A stretch of DNA of 55,785 bases, the filler included, from Sphacelaria rigidula (Eukaryota): NCBI GenBank assembly GCA_964200075.2. It is 5 parts of 5 records of this genome, joined end to end, with 100 filler letters (N's around TTAATTAATTAA, not from the genome) between each part and the next. Parts side by side here need not be neighbours in the genome. Positions count along the whole stretch, not along the records: positions 33,535 to 44,610 come from CAXNAA020005423.1; positions 44,711 to 55,785 come from CAXNAA020005424.1; 3 more parts are not named here. The stretch is one strand, 5' to 3'. Below are positions 36,901 through 46,840 of the stretch, one piece after another. A model generated the notes under the pieces. It saw only the letters and a list, made by a program, of their open reading frames with translations. It did not search any database and was not told the origin of the DNA. A program made the position numbers and the translations under genes. The stretch's first letter is position 1. Each line of letters opens with the position of its first letter.

Positions 36901-39900
36901 CGCGGTCCCCTCACGCATTACACCCTCCATCATACAGCCGTTCGTGCGGATTGAGTGGTGTGAATCCCCTTCAAGGTAGGCCTTCGCGGCCTGTGGATAG
37001 TGTTTCACTCTAAATTGATTGATGAATTGATTGATTGTCGCACTTTAACTGCCCCCCCAGGGGTCCAGCCGTGGTCGCATGATAGACTCCTGTTCCGAGA
37101 TTTCTTCGGCACGTCTTTGACGGTACTTGCCTTGCTTGTTGATCTAAATACTCCCTCATGTACCTGTCCAACACTGAAGAACCATTCTCAGATAGCCCAC
37201 ACTTACACGATAGAATATCCGACTTGTCACGGGTTGTGGAATCAGAGGACCCAAGGAGAAGGTCCAAAACGGGCGAACATTTCCTACAGGACTAAGACTC
37301 CTCGTTGTTTTGCAATAGTCATTTCCAGTTCGAACAGCACGCGGACCGCGCGCCTGGTTCGGCATGTTCATTACATTGGAATACAAATAATAGTATTTCA
37401 CAGATAGATCGACGGATCAATTATCGATTGGTTGACTGGTCGCGGCGCGTTGCCCAATGCAGGACGGATTCACCCGCCGCGGTCCGCAATATTAACGTTT
37501 CCGAGGAAAACGAAGGGAAACACTCTAAAAATAAGTCGACAAAAGTTGTAATGGGAAAGAGAAGGAGAGAAGCAAACGGAATGAGACTGGCGGGAAAAAG
37601 AAAGCTGAAGAACCAGAAGAACAAGGAGATCAACAACAGCGACAAGAAGAGTGCGAGGTTAAGGTTTAGTACTGGTCATGGGAAGACGTCGACAGGGTCC
37701 CCACTGTAATGCGTGAGGAGACCGCGTGCTTAGAGAGCCCCATCGTAGTTCAAAATACCTCAGCATCGACGTTTTCCAAAGCCAATCGGGCCAGTCCCTG
37801 CAGGGACCGCGCCCTTGACCCTGACCCCAACGCTAACCCTATTCCGAACCCCAACCATAGGGGTATTCAAAGTCCCATGCGGTTCCCTAAGCACGCGGTT
37901 CTCTGGCGCATTCCACTACTGCGGCTTCAGGCAAAGAAGTCGTACAAAAAAGTCATGTCCTCGCAATAGGTCGCGGCCCAGTTGTCCGGCGACCGCCCCA
38001 CTACATAATGTAGTCAGCTGATAAGGAGCGAGACGCAAACACTACACCATCTCAGAGAGAAAAAAAACGGGAAAGGGAGGGCGCGAAGAAAGAAGAAAAA
38101 GAAGAGAACTGAAAGGGGAGAAGAGGGGGCGGGGGGAAGGTAACAAATCCACTTACAACTCAGAACATGTACAGGAAATAATACCAAGCACAATATTGGA
38201 AGAAATCAAGATAGGTAGGATGATAAGAGAAAAAAAGTACGCTGAGAGTGCACTACTGTGCAGCATGAAGCAAAGTCTCTGAATGATCTTCAGGTTTCTA
38301 AGGCCTCGAATTTAGTGGATACGTTTGGCAACGATCGCAATGAAAAACAAGCGCATTGGATTCGGCCGTCCAGGAATTACCACCCGCTGTCAACATCGAT
38401 CCATCCCACGTTGAGATTCGACCACTCTCAATACAAGGCACATGCTTGAGCTGTATCTAACTTGGTGGTGCACAGAGCCCAGGGGGTACCGCCACAGTGG
38501 GACCAATCGTCTTGGTTACCGGACAGTCTGCATGCCATAACAGCGAGAAAGAAAACGAAGAACAACATGCTAAGACGTCACCGATACCACGGAGCTAAAC
38601 AGTCAGCGCTGACTGTTTAGCTCAGTGGTATCGATGACATCTTGAAAAAAGCTAATCCCGGGATCCCTTTTCACCACGATGATTTCTTCTAGACCACGGG
38701 TACTCGATCAAAGTGGTGGTGACTATGCATCAATCTGGTAAAGAGAAGCAGAGATAGCCTGCTTGTACCATGGAATCCAGGGTGTGGGCGAGCGCGGCGC
38801 GGTTTACAGGGGCAGCAACCCTGGGGTGAACATCGGGGTTCGATGGCTTCACAGACTGAAGAATCCCGGGATCAGCTTTGGTGAAGATGTCACAGATATC
38901 ACTGCGCTAAAGAGTCAGCGCCGACTGTTTAGCTCAATGGTATCTATGACATCATAACCCCGCAATATGTCGATATATCCAAACGGGTACTCAGAGTTTC
39001 AATTTCTCATGGGTCCATGACATTCCGTTAAAATTCTGATAAATCCAAAACCATTGTTCGGCCAAGCGACCTGCCTGTACCGTCCGCTCGTGCTAGCGGT
39101 GTGAAACATTCTCCCACTCGCTACTGTTATCGAGGTGAAATCGCGTGCATAAGCGGAATGTCCACATCGTTCTCGTTCGCTTTACGTATAGGTCATGACC
39201 TCACATCTTTGGACTTGAAACCCTCGAGACCAGCAACGACGACGAACGCGTCGCCGACGGTGTCGAGCTTGTACACCCCGAGTCCGTCCAGGTGACTGTC
39301 GAACGCGGTGTACACCTGTTTGGTCCAAAGGACGATTCATATTCGTAATAATAGGCACGTGTTTAATAGCGTGACAAAAGAAGTACTGTATATACTGATT
39401 CGGTAGAATCTTCTCCTGGCATTATCCGTCAAGGAGCCGTCGGTAGGGACGGGTGCAGTAGTATAGTCTCGAATGAAGACAGGTAGGGTACATGGGATTA
39501 TTTTTCACGTGCACAACTCGACACACTCCCAGTTGTTTATTTTTTTCTCGTGAAATGCATTGCTAAGAGGTGTGCGTACCTGCACTAGTGATGCCAGCGC
39601 TGCCGATGCTGATACTATATACAGGGCATTAGAGTGCAATTTCCGACCTTCAGCGATGCTCCAGAGTGACTTCTTCGCGAGAAAGAAATGACTCGAGTAA
39701 CCCCCCCTCCCAGGACCACCCGTGCACCCTACTGTACCAGGATCGCTCCTTTTAGTTTTATGGGCGTGTTTTCAGCGACGATCGCCAAGTTTAGAACTTA
39801 CCGGGAGAAAAGGGTCATATGTTTGGCAAGATAGATATACCAAAGGGAAAACGAGTAAATAAGGAGCAAAAAAGGCACAGAATAACAACCTTGTTCAGGA

Positions 39901-40106
39901 CGCGGTAAACTTCTCGAGGCGACTCCGTGCTCGCCCACTCCGTGTACCCCTTGAGGTCGCTGAACATGATAGTCACGTCTTCCAGATGGTCAACGACGCG
40001 TTTGTTCCGCACGAGGGCCGAGATGTGCTTCACATTCGGAAACATGTTCTTTAGCAGCTCCTCCGATTTGAACTAGCAGTGGTGGTAGTAGTAGTAGTAG
40101 TAGTAA

Positions 40107-40141
<35 letters not shown>

Positions 40142-40142
40142 A

Positions 40143-40187
<45 letters not shown>

Positions 40188-40262
40188 CAGCAGTAGCAGT
40201 AGTAGCAGCAGCAGCAGCAGCAGTAGTAGCAGCAGTAGCAGTAGCAGTAGCAGTAGAAGTAT

Positions 40263-40301
<39 letters not shown>

Positions 40302-43300
40302 AAGTAGCAGCAGTAGCAGCAACAGCAGCAGGCATTTTTAGTAGTATAAGTGACATTGTTAGTAGTTATTATGGTAGTAGTAGTTGAAAGTGTAGTAGCG
40401 ATGAAAGAGTGCACACGCAGGAGGAACACGAATCACGAACCGAAGCAAATCACAGGTCTGCTGGGTAGAGGAAACGTGTGATGGACAAAAGCTAACACGA
40501 TTCTTTCCAAAGGTTCCTTAGAAAGAGACCCGCTGGATTACCTTGGTAACATCCGGGTCGTGGTCACAGCTGATTTCGGAGCAGACCAGCTAATGCACGA
40601 CGACAACTCACCATCATCCGATCGATCCATCAATCAACACGACAAAGTTGAACACAGAGACGCAGCGAAATAGACGGAGAGATAAAGAGGCGGACAGAGA
40701 AGTAGGAAGACACGAGAAACACCGTCCAGAGAGGATATGAAATAATCACAGCGTTCGCTATTCCATTCGTTCTCGAAGCAAATTTAATGTCGGTACTGTT
40801 TCGGAGAGTGTATGGCGCCAGATACTGCACTTGTCCGGGAAACCACGGTCTCCTTCACACCATTGTTTTCCCGACTCAAGCCTTCGAACACCGAAAGCGA
40901 CCGTCAGGACGGCTCGACAGCTGCTCTTGTAAATTACACTGTATAAGTGGGCGTTTCTCGTTAACGGTGACAGCGGCCGACCCCGTCCCTTGAAATAAAC
41001 ACGTCGACATCCCCAGTTGCACATGGGAACGAGGAGTGGTGGTTGCTAGACGGGTGTGGTTACCTGTCCACTCACTTGGAGTCAGCACTAGAATACGGGT
41101 AATTGAACGTTGGTGCCCAGATATAGCCTTCGACGGTCGCTGATACCCATGACGCTGTAGCGGCCACTGATTTTCAGACCAGAAGAGGTTAAAACAACAA
41201 ATCCCGGGTGTTCATTCATTAAACCCTCCCCTGGTCTTATGACTATGGCATGCATGATCATGAGTACACCCCCCACCCCCTTCCTCTTCCTGAGGTAATG
41301 AGCGCCGGAATGTTGGAGATGTCTCTATTAGGAGTCGGAACGGTGCTCCGTCTCGGAAGGGATGCGTGGTCAATGCTCAAACGGTTAAGGCAAGCAATGA
41401 ATGAGTACGACCCCTCTTCCTGAGGACGAATCTGTAGTGTCAAGGGGTCATGAGCCCATCTCTCCCCCGATACAACATCCCCGACATTTTGCTCTGGCGG
41501 ATTGGATCATTAGCACCCCCGCACCGCGTCGATTTTCACCAACTCGCTACTCGCTCCCTGACATTTTTGACAACGGAATTCAGATACCCCGTAGAAACAT
41601 TGTCGTATCTGAGTGATGCTACGGTAGGGATGCACAAATATTTTCTGAAGTTAGAATTGTTAGGAGCCCTTCATCTCATGCAAAATACGACCTAAGAACA
41701 TATGTGAACGTACGCCAGGATTACTACTCCAATGTGCTGGGGATATTCCGAATGAATTTGTAAACGGTGGTGCCCTGACCCATATTTTTGTGCATCTAGA
41801 GTTGTTAGGAGCCCTGAATTAGACATGATTTCGCGAAAAAAGTGCACCCCTACCGTAGCATCGCTCATCTACCGGGATACGAACCCGTAGCTTTCCCGCC
41901 CTAATCGGCTTCAGACATACCGGTAGGAGCATACGGTCGGGGCGGTAGTACGTGCGTGGGTTGAGCGCACATCAGTCCGTGAATGGAAAAAAACGAGTAA
42001 ATATTGACGGCTGCTGGCGGGGGGGGGAAACGAAGGGGAACTCATCGACACTCAATCTATCCCTCCCTCTTCAGTGGACGCAGTCATCGTGAATACAGGA
42101 AAAGCGATACATTACCGTGCTTGCGGTAGTAAGAACGGCTCGGGGACACCGACCAACCACGCGAAACGTCGAACCAAATACAACGCTTTTGTGACAAGCG
42201 ATGTGCGGGAATGGCATCACGTGATGTCCCGACCGCTAAACGGTACTGTTATCGTAGTGACGCCCAACTCATCAAGGGACTAGGGCAACCAACTCGTCAA
42301 CAGCTGAGAACAGTTTCCTGTTTGCAGAACGTTCGGCGGTACGGTGCTTCCAAACTTGCGCCCCGAACGTCGAACGAAAAGTAGACGGAAGGCAGATAAC
42401 AAAATAGGACGCACATAAATTCATGGTTTGGACCTAGTTATATTTAGCGTGGGCGCTGAGATTCAAATTGATGGCTAACAATCCCATGGGCTCGCCGATC
42501 GTGCGCAGCACGCGTTTTATGCCCAAGTCGGTGCCGTATCTCTACATTTTAAGCTCAGCAAACTCACACCCTACCTACCTACGTTGTGCTCTGCACCCAC
42601 ATTGACCGAGGATTCTTGGCCTGTGTTCGGTTGGCATTTGTCGTTCGGGTCTGACAAAAACAGAATATGTTTTCAGCCATGGAATTTCGATGACGGGCTG
42701 GCGCAGACCCACCGTCCCAGATACCACAGAGCAGAAATGAACTTTACACTGCATCACGACTGACAGAGAGCATGTCGTCGCAACCCTCCATGCGACGAGT
42801 ACAACAACGGTTGGCGTGTTCTGGCTGATGATTTGATCTCCGTCGCGCGCATGGAAATTTCCTCACTTCTCTTTCTCCCCCCCTCTTCCCAGGGGTTTTC
42901 CCGATACTTCGAGAACGGTATGATACCGTTAATGCGTTTCAGCCACGATACATTTTTGATATATGTTAGGTCACGCCAGTCGATGAACCCGACGAAACAT
43001 GGCGGAGAGGAGCAGGGCGTGTGTTGGTGGCTGTACCTTGTTATCCTTTAGAATTCGCTTATGCAAGTAGGAGTAGCGAAACTCCCTCTCCCGCCTATGG
43101 CAGGCGTAGGTCCCGACCAAAGCTGCCCCGTAGACGAACAGAAGATAGCCTACCACGTCCCTCGCCTGTCATAATCCACAACGAACGGTGTTAAATAATT
43201 CGCGCATTATTAGTATGGGGTCGAGAGAGTCATGCTACGATAGGGGGGGGGGGGGGGGGGGGGGGGGGGTGTCACCAAAAAAGATTGGGGTGGGGCGGGG

Positions 43301-44218
43301 GTGGGGCGGGGTGGGAAAAGGGTGNNNNNNNNNNGTGGGGTAGTGTGGGATGTTGGGGGGGGGGGGGGGGGTGGGTATGGGGGTGAGGGGGGGGGGGGGG
43401 GGGGGGGGGAGGGTGTTGGATTCCACAAAAAGATGTGCTCGGTACGTTGTTAGCTGCAGCTCGAAAATCGTGCAGAGATGAAATTCTTCTTATCTTTCCG
43501 TTCGCCCAAGAAACCCACGCAATACTGCTGCTGCGGCTACATCGTGTTGCATGGATGACCCTCTGGAACTGAAGCTCAGCGTTAGCTTCGTTTTTTCACC
43601 TTGTGATTGGTGACCACGATGGCGGTCGTGTATAAGACGACGTCAAATATTGTCACCACTAGAACGTAAATATATTGAAGATCCTGCGAGCAAAAAAAGA
43701 TACGAACGGGGTAGCGTGAGGACGAGGGAGAAGGGGGGTTACGTTTTACGGTATCAACAACACAAGCGAACACCAAAGAGGTACAGGGGGATGGAATCCA
43801 AGGTACACGCTGTACTCATTTTGTGCAAAGACAATGCAAAAGGAACGTATCATCCTACGGACGCCCATCACTAGAAAACGTCTGCAGAAACACGGAAACT
43901 CGACGATGCTTATCGAATACGGCTTAGCTGAAATTGTCAGCGGAACTATCTACGGTATAAAGCACCAGATTGTGCCACTGAAGTGGGCAGGGGTAGCACT
44001 TCGTGAAGAATTCTTGTTTTCCTTTTCATCTCCCAGACACCAAATTGGAGAAAGCGTTGACGTCAAACGAAAAACTGTCAGGGAAAATAGCCCACCATGA
44101 GCAGAGAAATGGTGATGAGGGTGATGATGTTCATATCCATCATGTGATACTCCGGCACGAGGTACAACAGCAGATTCAACGTCAGGCAGAAAACCGCTGC
44201 CAAAAGCCCTCCCACAGG
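33906..44218 (-). CDS. Membrane-bound class III adenylyl/guanylyl cyclase, partial (exons 44218-44096, 43683-43600, 43165-43037, 40072-39890, 39315-39205, 36096-35948, 33978-33906)
   Basis: Transmembrane helices, then SEELLKNMFP, VTIMFSDLKGYT, VYKLDTVGDAFVVVAG, DHAMAMVKYA, MRIGLHTGPCIGGVIGRLKPRYLCWG. All junctions are GT-AG with consistent phases. Both ends lie outside the contig. Confidence 0.93.
34926..35097 (-). mobile_element. tRNA-derived SINE (second family)
   Basis: ccccggTGGTCAAACTGA...GAGTTCGAATCC, a Pol III A/B box arrangement without a complete cloverleaf. The 3' boundary is approximate. Confidence 0.55.
36381..36563. mobile_element. Small diverged MITE-like inverted repeat
   Basis: ~65-bp arms (gttcccccgaagggtatgtgcgaaagca / tgcttccgcacacaccctttgggggaac). 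Confidence 0.65.
36711..36922 (-). mobile_element. MITE family A copy 4 (inverted)
   Basis: Same TIRs. Internal ttaggg-like units. 5-bp TSD ccctc. Confidence 0.92.
37705..37915 (+). mobile_element. MITE family A copy 5 (older, diverged)
   Basis: Recognisable TIRs and body. Flanks ccac/ctac. Confidence 0.85.
38572..38953. repeat. Element bounded by two ~70-bp loopless palindromes forming ~90-bp TIRs
   Basis: Palindromes 38572-38643 (centre 38607/38608) and 38886-38953 (centre 38919/38920). Inverted similarity continues inward through aaagct.atcccgggat. Confidence 0.85.
40079..40330. repeat. (TAG/CAG)n compound microsatellite
   Basis: Long agt/agc run next to a cyclase splice acceptor. Confidence 0.97.
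41611..41866. mobile_element. MITE family B, complete copy (GAG...CTC termini, 4-bp TSD; Sola-like signature)
   Basis: TIR gagtgatgctacggtagggatgcac / gtgcacccctaccgtagcatcgctc. TSD atct on both sides. Confidence 0.85.
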
Positions 44219-46011
44219 CTGCGAGCGGGAACGACAAACGACGTCACGGCAGAACGCACAATAAAGAGCACAAGCATGGAACGTATTCATGGGTGCGCTT
44301 GAAAATGCACAGTATAGTCGTGTAGTATTACAAGGACATAGATGGTGGCCACAGACGGCGAAACGGAACGGAAAATCATATACCTGAAAGGTTTCTGCGT
44401 AGTGTATGGAGAAGCGTAAGGAGCGTCCAAATGTTGGAGGTGACTCTCTTTATTAGGAGTAGGAACGGTGCTCCGTCCCGAAGGAGATGCATAGTCAATG
44501 GTCGAGCGACTAGGGCAAGCGACTAATGAGTACCCCCCCCCAATGGTAAGGCACCCATGAGGCAGTGTAAAAGCTGTGGCTGTCTCTGGAAGTGGCGATA
44601 CCAGATAATANNNNNNNNNNNNNNNNNNNNNNNNNNNNNNNNNNNNNNNNNNNNTTAATTAATTAANNNNNNNNNNNNNNNNNNNNNNNNNNNNNNNNNN
44701 NNNNNNNNNNCGGACACCGTTAAGGGCTCGTATAAACATAACGGACTTTACTTATGGGACAGAGGAAGTACGGTAGCATGTGTTATTCCTGTCCAAGCAC
44801 GGATTTTCCGGATTGCGGATAGATGTATTTTCAGGATAAGCCTTGAGAACGTTTACAAGCGAGCATCGATATACTTTCGGAGGAACATGAAAATGTTCCC
44901 TCCGGCCCTGATATGTGGCCTCGCTCACTTGCAAAAAGATATACGACGTAGCAGTTTTGGAAAATCTCGCGTTAATCCCTAGTAATTTCGACCTCTATTC
45001 ATTCCCGTACAAAAAAGTCGTTCCCATTTTTCAGAATCCACTGCTAGAACGTGATTCTCCGCATTGGGGATGTTTTCTTTTTGAGGATGAGAAAGGTCAT
45101 ACATGACGGCCGGGGAGTGCGCTTGCATTTTTTGCAAAATGTTTCGATTCTCATGAAGGTTCCCAAGGCTATCCTCGAAAATAAATCCATGCGCAATCGG
45201 TGAAATCCCGTGTTTAATGCTCAAGACTCTGCTGGAAATGCTCTGACTAGTGCTGGTGACTCTTCTTTTTTCGATCCTGCTTTCGGTCATGCTCGTTTTT
45301 CATGGGTGCATTTTTTCGCGGGAAGAATGGGTACAGTTAGGGCCCTGGTGATTTTCGGGTTTTGTCAAACCCCGACACGTTTATCTATCCTGGGATAGGA
45401 GGCCTTGATCACAGCAGGCCAATTTTGATGAGAAATGAAGCTAAATAGCCCAATTATCTCACCTTCAGGGGCGCCTACCGCGGGGCCTCCTCGTCAGCCG
45501 GGGAAAGGCGTTTGGGGCTCGCTACGCTCGCACTTCGGCTTCGCTGAGCTTGCAGGAAATTCTCAAGAAAATTGGTGTAAATTACCGGAAATTTCCAGAA
45601 TTCATCAGAATTTTGAGGAATTTTGAGGAATTCGTCGATATCGAGCACTGGAAAGTTTTATGTCGTATCGAAGTGATCAGTAGTTTGATATCGAACACTA
45701 ACTCCAATATTTACACTTTCTGCACAGATGCCCATCGATTCGTAGGGTGGAAGAGTTGTTGTTGACGTCCAGGCAGCCACAAACGATATCACATTGCATG
45801 CCATGGGATATGGACAAATAGATACATTGCAGTGTGTCATCAATTGTTTCAGTGTCAAATACCGTCTCTTGGGAGTCCATCATGATTCTTGTAGGTGAAT
45901 GACGGTGTACAGCACCCCTACGGTACATATCCAAACTCGCTTTTTCTTGAAAACAAAAGACGTTACCCTCCCGACTAAGTTTAACCACCGGAACAAGCCA
46001 ATGAGATATTT

Positions 46012-46365
46012 TTAGAGACATAACGCTGGGATATACAGCCAAAAATGGCATAGGGGTCTTGAAAAATACCGAGGTAGCAGCCATCGAGGGGGGTGTAATA
46101 CACCACCATCCACAATGGGCTTTGGTGCTTCTACGATGTACAATGTATAGCCATTGTTTGCCTCTTCGATACTCACCATTCTAGGCGTTCTCTTCGATCT
46201 TTGTTGCGGAGAGAAGACAGATGAGTCAAGGAGGTAGCCATCCCAAAGTACGTTATCGATATTCCCACCAATTCTTCGCAGCACAGGACACCAATGTACG
46301 GTGTGTCTATGTGATGAAAGAGGTCGCAGATATACTATTGTTTGTTCAGACCCGTGGTCTGACAA
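46012..46365 (-). pseudogene. Intronless fragment resembling the C-terminal half of a Josephin cysteine protease domain
   Basis: HWCPVLRRIGG...W...LLDS...PRMVS...NGYTLYIV...P parallels the Josephin pattern HW..(V/L)R..G..W..L(D/N)S...P..IS...GYSIFVV...P. The catalytic Cys region is absent. Confidence 0.4.
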
Positions 46366-46840
46366 TAGTCGTCAAAAACAATAACTCAGGGGGGAGTATC
46401 ACCCCATTTTGAAGGGATATTCCCCTAGAAATATATATATATATATATGTATATATATACATTACATATATATATATATATTCATCTATGAGATTTCTCT
46501 GCTTCACCCCAAGGCAAGGATAAATGCGCTGAAGTCAGATATCAGGATAATGGGAACAAAAGGATACAGAAAACTGGAGTATGACAAAATGTGTTACATG
46601 TGCAACGTACTTCGCAATGATCTCATCCGTTATGCAACATGAGATGGAGACAGAGCACAGCTTGTGATCGAAGAGAGCGTGCGCGGCTGTCATCAGCGGA
46701 ATCACCACCGAAAAGTACAGTGTAACAGATCTCGAGCAACGAAATAGTTATTGTACAGTACAGTCGGTGCAGTCGGTACATGGTATTCTAGCCTACAACA
46801 GTACATGGTACGATAGAGGGGTGGGACAAGGTACCGCATC

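Noticed and set aside
39990..40387. Poly-Leu/Thr/Val ORFs
   Set aside because: Microsatellite read-through. The real exon starts at 40072.
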